A stretch of 64,000 nt of DNA from Candidatus Eiseniibacteriota bacterium (lineage in GTDB: Bacteria > Eisenbacteria > RBG-16-71-46 > JABDJR01), in contig CAWANH010000029.1 in NCBI GenBank assembly GCA_963783375.1, positions 896,001 to 960,000 of the forward strand, read 5' to 3'. This document shows, piece after piece, positions 30,179-39,482 of this stretch (its first letter is position 1; every line of letters starts with the position of its first letter). The position numbers and the translations under genes are program-made. Below the pieces are notes generated by a model. The model ran no database searches. It was given only the letters and a program-made list of their open reading frames with translations, and was not told the DNA's origin.

Positions 30179-32785
30179 CTAGTCGAGCACGATCTCCGAG
30201 GCCGGCTCCCGCAGATTGTAGCGGGAACTCATGACCGCGCCGTAGGCCCCGGCGTTCTCGATCAGGAGAACGTCGCCGGGTTCCGGATCGGGGAGCGATC
30301 GGTCGCGGCCGAGGACGTCCCCCGATTCGCAGATCGGACCCACGATCTGCCAGTAGCGCCGGCACGGCTCGTCCAGCCGGCTCAGGTTGTGAATGGTGTG
30401 CCAGGCGCCGTAGAGGGCGGGGCGAAGGAGGGAGTTCATCCCGGTGGTGAGCCCCGCGTAGTGGACGCCTTCCTTGGTCCGGACCTGGGTGACCGGGGCG
30501 ATCAGCACCCCCCCTTCGCTGACCAGGAACCGGCCCGGCTCCAGGCGAAGATCGAGCCCGGGAACCCGCGCGCGAAGCTCGGCCAGACGCGCTTCGAGCA
30601 GGGCGAGGTCGAGGGGAGCCTGCCCTGGGCGCTCGGGGACCCCCAACCCGCCGCCCAGATCGAGCCAGCGCGCCTCGGGAAATAGCTCGCGGATCCCGGC
30701 CAGGGCTTCCCCGGTTCTGAGCCAGACGTCGGGATCGAAGATCCCGCTCCCGACGTGGGCGTGAAGGCCGGTGACCCTCGCCCCCGCCCGCGACGCGGCC
30801 TCGACCAGCGCGTCCAGATCCCCGAGGGGCTGCCCGAACTTGGCCCGCGCGCCCGCGGTCCGCACCGTGGGATGGTGGCCGAAGCCGCGACCCGGATCGA
30901 GCCGGACCGCCACATCGCGGCCACGGAAGAGCTCGGGGTTGGCTTCGAATGCACCGGGACCGTCCACCGTGATCTCGGCGCCGACGGCCGCCGCCGCCGT
31001 GTACTCCTCCGGGGGGCAGAAATTCGGAGTGAAGAGCACCGGACACCCGGATCCCGCGACGGCCCGCGCCCGCTCCACCTCGGCCGCGGACACGCACTCC
31101 AGCCCGTAGCCCGCCCCGGCGAGAACGGCGAGAACGTCGGGGTGGGAGTTGGCCTTCATCGCATAGTAGAACCGGTTGATCGAGGGGAGGTCGCGCCGGA
31201 GCGCTTCGGCTCGGGCCCGGATCGCGCCGAGGTCGTAGACGTAGTGCGCGCGGCCGTCCGCCGCAATCTTCAGGAGTTCCTCCCGCCGGCCCCGCCACCA
31301 CGCCGGGGCGACCTGCTCGCCCGGGCGGCCGCCCCGGAGCATCTCCCAGCTGGGACCGAGACGCGGATCCTCGTCGTGGGCGGAAAAGAGGCGCGCGTGG
31401 AGCCGGGCGACCAGGGGCTGGGCGTCCGCCTCGTCCACCACGAAAGAGACGTTCAGATCCTCGGCGGAGACGCTCACCAGGTGCACCGGGTGCTCCTGGA
31501 ATGCCTCGAAGGCGGGGCCGAGCTCGTGGAGGACGGCGCGAATCCGCCGGCCGACGATCGACACCACCGCCGCGGGATGGACGATCCGGACCGTCCCCAG
31601 CTCCTCGAGGCGCCGCACCAGCTCCCGGAACGCCCGTCCCTCCATCCCCCCCGGAACCGTGTCCAGGGTGACGCTCACCGCGAACTCCGAGGTGGTCACG
31701 AGGTCGACCGAGATCCCCAGATCCCGGAACGGCTCGAAGACCCGCGCCAGATAGCCGGGGGTTCCCCACATGGCCAGGGCGGAGAGATTCACCAGGGTCA
31801 CCGAGGTGCGGCAGGTCACCGCGGTCACCGCAGGATGGGCGCCGTCGTCGGCCTCGATCCGGGTGCCTTCGATCTCCGGAGACTGGACCCGGGCCACCCG
31901 CACCGGGATCCGGTGGCGCGCCGCCGGAACCAGGCAGCGGGGATGAAGGACCTTCGCCCCCAGGCTGGCCAGTTCCTGGGCTTCCCGGTAGCCGATCCGG
32001 CGGATCAACCGCGCGGCGGGAACGCGGCTCGGGTCGGCGGTGAACATGCCGTGGACATCGGTCCAGATCTCGAGGAACTCGGCCCCCAGACGCGCGGCGA
32101 AGAGGGCGGCCGAGGTGTCGCTTCCCCCCCGACCCAGTAGGCACGTCTCCCCCTGATCGGTGCGCGCGAGAAACCCCTGGGTGATGACCACCCGCGCACC
32201 GCCGGCCACGCGCTCCATCGGGCCGGGGTCGCGCTCGGCGGGCACGTCGGCATCCAGGTAGCGCGCCTCGTCGGATTCCATGGACCGGGGCGCGCTCACC
32301 ATGATCTCGGTGGCGTCGAGCCAGGCCGCGTTCACCCCCCGGGCGGCCAGAAGCGCCGCCCCCAACCGGCTCGACGCCCGCTCCCCCATGGCCATCACGC
32401 GGGCGGTGAGACGCGGGGGCGTCTCCCCGGTCAAACGAATCCCGTCCAGGAGCCGGGCAAGCTCATCCCACAGAGCCGCCAGTTCGGGAACGTCGGATTC
32501 GAGGCCGCCTGCCGACCCCAACGCCCGGTGAAGCTCGCGAAGCTCATCAGGCGCGGTGACAGTCTTTCCCTGCCGGGCCTCGGCCACCGCGCGCTCCAGA
32601 CGGTCGGTGACGGTGGCCAGAGCCGACACCACCGCGCAGACCCGGTGTTCGGGGGTGAGTGCCCGAACCCGTTCGGCGATCCGGTCCCATCCGGTCGCCG
32701 TAGCCACCGAGGTGCCGCCGTACTTGAGCACGACCCAGGTGGAACCCTTGGACAGGTTGTCGGACATGGCGCTGTGATCCGTCAT
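30179..32785 (-). CDS. Bifunctional aspartate kinase / diaminopimelate decarboxylase (LysC-LysA fusion)
   Basis: VLKYGGTSV, LGRGGSDTSA, ACT domains; YAMKAN, HVGSG, GPICESGD. Confidence 0.95.
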   Translation of the reverse strand: MTDHSAMSDNLSKGSTWVVLKYGGTSVATATGWDRIAERVRALTPEHRVCAVVSALATVTDRLERAVAEARQGKTVTAPDELRELHRALGSAGGLESDVPELAALWDELARLLDGIRLTGETPPRLTARVMAMGERASSRLGAALLAARGVNAAWLDATEIMVSAPRSMESDEARYLDADVPAERDPGPMERVAGGARVVITQGFLARTDQGETCLLGRGGSDTSAALFAARLGAEFLEIWTDVHGMFTADPSRVPAARLIRRIGYREAQELASLGAKVLHPRCLVPAARHRIPVRVARVQSPEIEGTRIEADDGAHPAVTAVTCRTSVTLVNLSALAMWGTPGYLARVFEPFRDLGISVDLVTTSEFAVSVTLDTVPGGMEGRAFRELVRRLEELGTVRIVHPAAVVSIVGRRIRAVLHELGPAFEAFQEHPVHLVSVSAEDLNVSFVVDEADAQPLVARLHARLFSAHDEDPRLGPSWEMLRGGRPGEQVAPAWWRGRREELLKIAADGRAHYVYDLGAIRARAEALRRDLPSINRFYYAMKANSHPDVLAVLAGAGYGLECVSAAEVERARAVAGSGCPVLFTPNFCPPEEYTAAAAVGAEITVDGPGAFEANPELFRGRDVAVRLDPGRGFGHHPTVRTAGARAKFGQPLGDLDALVEAASRAGARVTGLHAHVGSGIFDPDVWLRTGEALAGIRELFPEARWLDLGGGLGVPERPGQAPLDLALLEARLAELRARVPGLDLRLEPGRFLVSEGGVLIAPVTQVRTKEGVHYAGLTTGMNSLLRPALYGAWHTIHNLSRLDEPCRRYWQIVGPICESGDVLGRDRSLPDPEPGDVLLIENAGAYGAVMSSRYNLREPASEIVLD

Positions 32786-32967
32786 GCAGGGGATGCCTCC
32801 TCGAACCGCTGACTATAACCCAGGAGCCTGCGGCGTCGAGGGGACGGCGTGGTTTCGATCGGGGGCGCGGCGCGAGGGCGCGGAAGATGCGCGGGGGCGG
32901 CGGGAAACGACAGGCGGAACCGCCCGGTGAGCGGTCCCGCCCGTTCATGCGGATCGGCACGGAGAGA

Positions 32968-33402
32968 TCAGATGCCGGTGATGACCGGCGCGTCCGCGCT
33001 CGCGTACATGTCGGGAACGGTCATCACCAGGGTGATCCCGGAAAGCTTGCCCTTCCCGGTTGCGGTGATCACCAGTGGGTTCGAGTCGGCGGGTTGGCCG
33101 CCGCCCGAGGAGATCTGATAGGTGAAGTTCTCGGAATCGGCCATGTCCATCAGGCCGAACTCCCCGGCCACCGGCGGCCAGGTGGGGGTTCCATTCAATG
33201 CCGCGTGTTCCTGGGAGAACGCCTTCGCCGCGGTGATCATCTCCCCCATGCGGGACTGGGCCTCGGTGACCCGGGTCCGCCGTACGTAGCTCCCGTAGAT
33301 CGGAACCGCGATACCGGCCAGAACCCCCACCACGACGGTCACCACCATGAGCTCGATGATGGTGAAGCCAGCCTTGGAGCGGAGCGGATGGTGTCGTTGC
33401 AT
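32968..33402 (-). CDS. Type IV pilin
   Basis: Prepilin site KAG|FTIIELMVV, hydrophobic helix, SD AAGGAGG. Confidence 0.92.
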   Translation of the reverse strand: MQRHHPLRSKAGFTIIELMVVTVVVGVLAGIAVPIYGSYVRRTRVTEAQSRMGEMITAAKAFSQEHAALNGTPTWPPVAGEFGLMDMADSENFTYQISSGGGQPADSNPLVITATGKGKLSGITLVMTVPDMYASADAPVITGI

Positions 33403-33649
33403 CGAAAGCCTCCTTGAAGAGGACCGTTCCCATCGCCTGGTGGACCGACCTTCGGCGGCGCTTCGCCCGGGAACCTGGGCGATCTCTCACACTCAGGGGG
33501 GATTCGCCCCAGAACATCCGAGGACCGTGGTGCCGCCCCGCAGCGGACACTCCCGCCGAATTGGCTGTCGCTTGGCCCGTTGGCGTCGGGTGGACCCCCA
33601 CGGGCCCCGCCGCCCGCACCCCGGACCGGCACCGATGGACTCCAGAAGA

Positions 33650-33665
33650 TGCAAAGCCCGGACCA
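33650..33665 (-). promoter_or_regulatory. Sigma54 (-24/-12) promoter candidate for the pilin gene
   Basis: TGGTCC-GGGCT-TTGCA with exact GG-N10-GC spacing; pilin genes are classically sigma54-dependent. Confidence 0.6.
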
Positions 33666-33750
33666 ACCGGGTCGGATTCGGACTCCAAGGCGGCGGGCCG
33701 GGCCACATCGGAGTCGGGCCGCGCCAGAGGAGGAGATAGGGAGGAAAGAA

Positions 33751-33828
33751 TGGTGTCCCCAACGGGATTTGAACCCGTGTCGCCAGCGTGAAAGGCTGGT
33801 GTCCTAGACCAGACTAGACGATGGGGAC
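33751..33828 (-). tRNA. tRNA-Glu (TTC)
   Basis: GTCCCCA acceptor stem, anticodon arm CCAGC-CTTTCAC-GCTGG, GGTTCAAATCC T-arm, encoded CCA. Confidence 0.97.
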
Positions 33829-34023
33829 CCGAATCGAGGCCGCTCCGACGTCCAAGCCGCGTCGGAGGCGCAGGCAAAAACCGGTCGCAGAAGGTACCAG
33901 GATACAAAGTCGAGGGTCAACCGGCGCCCACGACCCGCGGGCGCCTCCGCGTCCCTGCCGTCCCCGCATCACAATATCCAACAGGCTTGCGCTGTGTGCG
34001 AGAAACGCCGGGGAGAACCGCTG

Positions 34024-34054
34024 AAAAAAAAAGGCCGGGGGGTGATCCCCGGCC
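34024..34054 (-). terminator. Rho-independent terminator
   Basis: GGCCGGGG-atcacc-CCCCGGCC followed by T9. Confidence 0.88.
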
Positions 34055-34230
34055 CCGCCTCAAGCTGGAGCCGGGCGTAGGCACCCGGCTGGAGGGCAAC
34101 CAGCCTGAAGACTGATTCGTGCTCTAGGGCACGACCTCTTGACAAGGGTAACCGGCCAGTCCCACGAGGGATGAGCAAGGGCCGCGTCTGAGCGCAGCCA
34201 GCTTACACAGGGACACAGCCAAGCCACCGA
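34024..34230 (-). ncRNA. Structured ~205-nt RNA, possibly 6S RNA
   Basis: Own extended -10 (TGGTATAAT, 34236-34244) and terminator; long-range pairings AAGCUGG/CCAGCUU and CGUGGGAC/GUGCCUACG; no credible ORF. Confidence 0.55.
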
Positions 34231-34276
34231 GCATCATTATACCAGCCCCCCCCCCGCCGTCACCCAAAATTTCCGC

Positions 34277-34888
34277 TTACTGGAGACGCCGGACAAGCCC
34301 AACCACTTTTCCAACAATTTTCAGATCTTTCGGATTCCTCACCACGATGGGGTCCATGGTCTGGTTGGCCGGAAGAAGCCGAACCCTATCTGCTTTCTTT
34401 TCAAAGCGTTTGACGGTCGCCTCGTCCTCGATCATCGCGACCACGATGTCCCCGTTGACTGCCTGCTCCTGGGGCCGGACCACGATGTAGTCTCCGGGGC
34501 AGATGTGTTCCTCGATCATGCTCTCACCCTGGACCTCCAGCAGGAAGTTCCCGTCTCCGCGGAGGAGGGAGGCGTCCAGGGTGAGCCGCTCGGCGATGTT
34601 CTCCACCGCGAGAAGGGGCGCCCCGGCGGCAATCCTCCCCACCAGGGGGACGCTCTGGCCGGAGGCGCTGGGCCGACTTCCGATGATCTCGATTCCCCTG
34701 GACCGGTCGCGGGTCCGGGCGATGAACCCCTTCCGCTCGAGGGCCAGGAGATGGTCCGAGGCGGCCCGGGTGCTCCTCATCCCAAACTCGGAGCAGATCT
34801 CGCGGAGGGTGGGGGGGTACCCGTGCTCCTCCAGATGGCGGGCCAGGTAGTCGAAAATCTCCTGCTGTCGGGCGGTCAGGCGTTGCAT
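34277..34888 (-). CDS. lexA: SOS repressor LexA
   Basis: LTARQQEI, YPPTLREI, GRIAAG.P cleavage site, GESM, ATVKR. Confidence 0.97.
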   Translation of the reverse strand: MQRLTARQQEIFDYLARHLEEHGYPPTLREICSEFGMRSTRAASDHLLALERKGFIARTRDRSRGIEIIGSRPSASGQSVPLVGRIAAGAPLLAVENIAERLTLDASLLRGDGNFLLEVQGESMIEEHICPGDYIVVRPQEQAVNGDIVVAMIEDEATVKRFEKKADRVRLLPANQTMDPIVVRNPKDLKIVGKVVGLVRRLQ

Positions 34889-35394
34889 GGGGTGCCTCCC
34901 AGAAGGGTCCGGGTCACGAGGTCGGGGGAGAACAGGTCCCCTTGGCGATCCCGCCACCTCGCCCTCTCCTCGACCGAATCTAATGCACGACCGGCCGCGG
35001 GGCCAGCATTCTTGCTCGCTTTGGCCATTGATCCCCGCACCGCGTCCTTCACGTCCGTCTGGGCCGACACGCCCGGGGAGGCGGCCGCCGGTGGAGCGGG
35101 AGCGGCTTTCGGGACCCGCCCGACGGCCAGGGCCAGGAGAAAGCTCCTGGGCCAGAGATCTCCGGCCTCGGTGGCCACCGCGGGTCCCAGGGCGACCGCC
35201 CGGCGAAGAAGTCCGAGCCGTCGCTCCTGAACGAACTCGCTCCACTCGTCGGCGAACCGCCGCAGACGCTCCGCGCGAATCCGGCGGGGCACGCTGCGAC
35301 ATGCCTTCTGGAGCTCCCCCACCAGGACCCGCCGTAGCGCGTACGCCTCCTGACGGGATCGGACTTCAGACCATTCCCTGTTCACCGCGATCAT
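34876..35394 (-). CDS. Hypothetical protein overlapping the lexA start; C-terminal QGDLF
   Basis: SD AAAGGGG before ATG; helical N-terminus; stop overlaps lexA 5' end. Confidence 0.55.
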   Translation of the reverse strand: MIAVNREWSEVRSRQEAYALRRVLVGELQKACRSVPRRIRAERLRRFADEWSEFVQERRLGLLRRAVALGPAVATEAGDLWPRSFLLALAVGRVPKAAPAPPAAASPGVSAQTDVKDAVRGSMAKASKNAGPAAGRALDSVEERARWRDRQGDLFSPDLVTRTLLGGTPCNA

Positions 35395-35714
35395 GGTCGC
35401 CCCCTTTGACGGCGGGCCGCTCGCCCGCCCATCCGCGTTGGTTGACGGGTTGTCCGGGCCGCGCCCCGCCGCTGCGGCGCCGGCCCGGAACCCCGTCGTT
35501 TGCCTGCCGCGCCCCGTGGGCGCGGTCTCAAGAACAGCCCGGTCAAGGTCGGCTTCGCCCGCCTCACCCGACTTTCCCCGTCTTTTAGAGAGGACAGACA
35601 CCTTGCCGGGCTCAATCCGTTTGCTGTGCATATGTATACTACTCGCATGAAGCCTCGGCAAGCAAAAAAGGGAGGGGACGGCAAAAAGTTTCGAACTCCC
35701 GGTCAAACAACCGT

Positions 35715-37712
35715 TTAAGGGGCGTCGAGGAAGGCTTCCAGACGCATGGAGAGCCGCTCCCATTCGGAAATCGCCCCCCCGATCTCCGCCTCCAGCTCCT
35801 TCAGCCGCCGGTGGAGCCGGCCCAGCTTCTCGGGATCGACCGCGGTCTCGGGTTCGGCCATGGCCAGGATGAGGTCCTCCTTCTCCGCCTCGAGTTCCTC
35901 GATCCGGGTCTCGGCGTCGGCCACCCGCCGGCGGAGCTTCTCCTCATCCCGCTTCCGCCGCCGCTGCTCCTCGTAGCTCCTCCGCCGCGCCTGCTTCCCG
36001 CCTGCCACGCCTTCGGCGCCGTCTCCACTCCGTTCGGCCGGGGGGGAGGGCTCCGGCGCCGGCCCCGGAGCGCCCCGCGACTTCTCCGAGGCCTCGGCGC
36101 CGGTCACGCCGCGCCGCGAGTGAGCGTAGGCCGAGTACCCACCTTCCCAGAGCCGGCTCCCCACCGCGCGAAGCTCCAGCACGTGGTCCACCACCCGATC
36201 CAGGAAGTAACGGTCGTGGCTCACCACCAGCACGGTGCCGGCATAGATTTCCAGCGCGGCTTCGAACACCTCCCGGGATTCGATGTCCAGGTGATTGGTG
36301 GGCTCATCGAGGACCAGGAAGTTGGCGCCGTGGCGCACCAGCTTGGCCAGGGCCACCCGGCTCTTCTCGCCGCCCGAAAGCTGGTTCAACGCCTTGAAGA
36401 CATCGTCGCCCCGGAAGAGGAAGCCCCCCAGAAACGACCGGATCTCGTTCTCGGTGACCTGGGGGGTGACCGACCAGACCTCATCGAGAACGGATTGGGG
36501 GCCGCGGATCCTGGTCTGCTCCTGCTCGTAGTAGCCGATCTCCACCCCCGGCCCGATCCGGAGCGTCCCCTCGGTCTGGCCCTCCTCCCCCACCAGGATC
36601 CGCACCAGGGTGCTCTTCCCCACCCCGTTGGGACCGATGAGGCCGATCTTCTGGCCGCGGATGACCGAGAACGACACGTCGGAGAAGATGCGGGCATCGC
36701 CGTAGCGCTTGGAGAGCTTCTTGGCCTCGGCCACGATCTTGGCGCTCCGCGACGGCTCGGGGAGCTTCATGTGGATGCTCGAGGCCGGCCATTCCGGGGC
36801 ATCGATGCGTTCCAGCTTCTCCAGCGCCTTCCGCCGGGACTGGGCCTGCTTGGTCTTCTGGCCGGCTAGGTTCCGGCGGATGAAGTCCTCCTGGCGGAGG
36901 ATCTCGACCCGCTGGAGCTCGTAGCGCTTGGCCTGCTCCTCGAGGCGCCGTTCGCGCTCGACCAGGAAGTCGTCGTAGTTCCCCTGGAAATGCTGGAGAC
37001 GGCGGTTCCGGATCTCCACCACCCCCCGGGCCAGCCGGTTCACGAACATCCGGTCGTGGCTGATGATGACGAAGCCGCCCTGGTAGCTCCCCAGGAACGC
37101 CTCCAGCCATTCGATGGCATCGAGATCGAGGTGGTTGGTGGGCTCGTCGAGAAGCAGGAGATCGGGATCCCTGAGGAGCACGCGGGCCAGGATGGCCCGG
37201 CTCTTCTGGCCGCCGCTGAACTCGACCAGCGGCCGGTCGAGATCCTCTTCCCGGAAGTGCAGTCCCTCCAGCACCGCCGAGACCCGCGCCTCGAAGGAGT
37301 AGCCCCCCTCGCGTTCCAGCCGCTCCTGGAGCCCGGCGTACCGGTCGAGAAGATCCCGGGTCCCCGGATCCCCCTCGCTGACCGAGCCCAGCTCCCGGGT
37401 GACCGCGTTGAACTCCGCGTGCAGTTCCTCCAGGTGCTTGAGCCCGCTTGCCGCCTCCTCGCGAAGGGTTCGGAGGTCCTCCACCCGGACTTCCTGCTCC
37501 ATGGCGGCGATCACCGCGCCGCGCCGCCGCCAGACCGTCCCCCGGTCGGGTTCGAGTTCCCCGGTCAGGAGCCGGAAGAGGGTGGTCTTCCCTGCGCCGT
37601 TCCGGCCCACCATGGCCGCGCGGGTGGTGTCCTGGATCTGCCAGTGGACACTCTCCAGGACGTCGTTCGAACCGTAGGCCTTGGACACTTCGCTGAGTTG
37701 AGCGATCAACAT
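35715..37712 (-). CDS. ABC-F family ATPase (Uup/YheS-like)
   Basis: Two ABC cassettes (GRNGAGKTT, GPNGVGKST; LDEPTNHLD twice), no TM, coiled-coil tail. Confidence 0.95.
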   Translation of the reverse strand: MLIAQLSEVSKAYGSNDVLESVHWQIQDTTRAAMVGRNGAGKTTLFRLLTGELEPDRGTVWRRRGAVIAAMEQEVRVEDLRTLREEAASGLKHLEELHAEFNAVTRELGSVSEGDPGTRDLLDRYAGLQERLEREGGYSFEARVSAVLEGLHFREEDLDRPLVEFSGGQKSRAILARVLLRDPDLLLLDEPTNHLDLDAIEWLEAFLGSYQGGFVIISHDRMFVNRLARGVVEIRNRRLQHFQGNYDDFLVERERRLEEQAKRYELQRVEILRQEDFIRRNLAGQKTKQAQSRRKALEKLERIDAPEWPASSIHMKLPEPSRSAKIVAEAKKLSKRYGDARIFSDVSFSVIRGQKIGLIGPNGVGKSTLVRILVGEEGQTEGTLRIGPGVEIGYYEQEQTRIRGPQSVLDEVWSVTPQVTENEIRSFLGGFLFRGDDVFKALNQLSGGEKSRVALAKLVRHGANFLVLDEPTNHLDIESREVFEAALEIYAGTVLVVSHDRYFLDRVVDHVLELRAVGSRLWEGGYSAYAHSRRGVTGAEASEKSRGAPGPAPEPSPPAERSGDGAEGVAGGKQARRRSYEEQRRRKRDEEKLRRRVADAETRIEELEAEKEDLILAMAEPETAVDPEKLGRLHRRLKELEAEIGGAISEWERLSMRLEAFLDAP

Positions 37713-37809
37713 GGCTTGGAGCTTCCGCGGTGAGGGTAAAACGCGGACCATCATAACCGACGCGGGACGGTGGCGGGAGCCGGTTCCGCCTGGGCGGCGG
37801 ACCTGAGGG

Positions 37810-39267
37810 TCAGGCGCGCTCGACCGTTCGTGAGGAGGTCTCCGGCGAGGTCCCGCTCCCGGGCGCCTCCGTACCGGATGGCGGGTCGGGGTCACCGTTC
37901 GGGGAGCGGCGCTCTCCCACGGGATCGACGTAGGGCAGGAAGACGGTGAACGTCGTTCCCACGCCCGCAACGCTGGTCACATCGATGTGGCCTTGGCTCT
38001 GCTTCACGATGCCGTACACCGTGGAAAGTCCGAGTCCGGTTCCCTTCTCCGCTTCCTTGGTGGTGAAGAAGGGTTCGAAGATCCGACTCATGATCTGCGG
38101 ATCGATACCGGTGCCGCTGTCCGACACCTCCAGGGTCTCGTAGCGACCGGGGGGAAGCCCGTGGGCTTCCGCCGCATTCCCATCGAGGCGCCGGCTGCCC
38201 ACCGCCATGGTGAGCGAGCCCCCGTTGGGCATGGCGTCCCGCGCGTTGACCGCGAGGTTCATGAGAACCTGTTCGATCTGGTTCCGGTCGGCGCGGATCC
38301 AGCCCGCCTCCGGCTGATGCTCGATCTTCAGTTCGACGTCCCGGCCCAGAAGCCGGGCCAGAAGCTGCTCCAGGTCCGCCACCGTCGTGTTCAGGTTCAG
38401 GTTCTCCGGTTGGAGCGGCTGGCGACGGCTGAAAGCCAGAAGCTGGCGGGTGAGCCCCGCTCCCCGCTCCACCGCGTTGTCGATCTCGGCCAGGTTCTGA
38501 TGGCCGGGATGATCCTCCCCGACCTTCCTTCGCAGGAGACGGCTGTTGCCGCCGATTGCGGTGAGGAGATTGTTGAAGTCATGGGCAACGCCGCCGGCCA
38601 GCCTTCCGATCGCCTCGAGCTTCTGGGCCTGCCGGAACTGAGCCTCCAGGAGCTTCACCTGGGTGATGTCGGAGATGAACCCCTCGATCGCCTCGAGCCG
38701 TCCCTCATCGTCGAAGACTCCCCGACCCTGCTCCAGGACCCACCTGATCTCCCCCGAAGCATTGGTGAGGCGATACACCAGTTGGAAGGGCTCGCGCCGG
38801 CCCAGGGCATCCTGGACCCGGTCCCATACCATGGCCCGGTCTTCGGAGTACACCAGGTCTCCGAAAGAGACATCGCGGTTTCCGATCAGCCGTTCGGGTT
38901 CGTAGCCGGTGATGGCCAGCGTCCCCTCGCTGGCGAACTCCATGGTCCAGTCCGGATCGTTGGCGCAGCGGTAGGCCATGCCGGACAAGTTGCTGAGCAG
39001 GGTGGCCAGGCGGCGGTTCTGCTCCCGCAACGCGTCCCGCGAGGCCTCGGCGCCCTGGAACAACCGATCCAGCACCAGGTAGAGGATGCACCCGGTGACC
39101 ATGACGTAGCCCAATCCCTTGAAGGTCTGAAGGCGGGTCAGGACGCTGGGCGAGGCAGCCAGATGCTCCAGGAACCTGTCCGAGAACAGGATCCACAACG
39201 CCGCGACGATGACATAGAGCCCGGCCACCTGAAGGGCCGGCCTCAACCGTTTGGATGTTCGGGTCAT
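37810..39267 (-). CDS. PAS-domain sensor histidine kinase
   Basis: Two TMs, PAS/PAC, GGVAHDFNNLL, NARDAM, FEPFFTTK..GTGLGL; no receiver domain. Confidence 0.93.
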   Translation of the reverse strand: MTRTSKRLRPALQVAGLYVIVAALWILFSDRFLEHLAASPSVLTRLQTFKGLGYVMVTGCILYLVLDRLFQGAEASRDALREQNRRLATLLSNLSGMAYRCANDPDWTMEFASEGTLAITGYEPERLIGNRDVSFGDLVYSEDRAMVWDRVQDALGRREPFQLVYRLTNASGEIRWVLEQGRGVFDDEGRLEAIEGFISDITQVKLLEAQFRQAQKLEAIGRLAGGVAHDFNNLLTAIGGNSRLLRRKVGEDHPGHQNLAEIDNAVERGAGLTRQLLAFSRRQPLQPENLNLNTTVADLEQLLARLLGRDVELKIEHQPEAGWIRADRNQIEQVLMNLAVNARDAMPNGGSLTMAVGSRRLDGNAAEAHGLPPGRYETLEVSDSGTGIDPQIMSRIFEPFFTTKEAEKGTGLGLSTVYGIVKQSQGHIDVTSVAGVGTTFTVFLPYVDPVGERRSPNGDPDPPSGTEAPGSGTSPETSSRTVERA

Positions 39268-39482
39268 GACCTCACCGGCGGCCCTGAGGGGTGAGCCGCG
39301 GCACGCTGGAATCTCGCATAGGGTCGGAAGGACGGAATTCTCGCGTGCTGGTGTGTACGTGGTGTGGGCCGAATTCCAGTCCCGATCTGAAGATCGGCCC
39401 CAGGCGAGACCGACCTTAGATTTCACTCAGGTTGGATTCTAGCAGGTCCGGCTTGTGCAACCCCCCGCTAATCGGGTCGAGG

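Noticed and set aside
24-30685. Many long Arg/Gly/Pro-rich overlapping or antisense ORFs (e.g. 24-3020, 21433-24966, 27680-30685)
   Set aside because: Shadow ORFs caused by stop-codon scarcity at high GC; they carry no protein motifs.
33430-33580. Canonical glycine or ydaO (c-di-AMP) riboswitch before the pilin
   Set aside because: Only partial motifs are present (CGCCGAAGG without CUCUCAGG; ydaO-like blocks in the wrong order), so it is kept only as an unclassified leader.
33700-33830. Integrated element at tRNA-Glu
   Set aside because: No integrase and no duplicated tRNA 3' end seen in the window.
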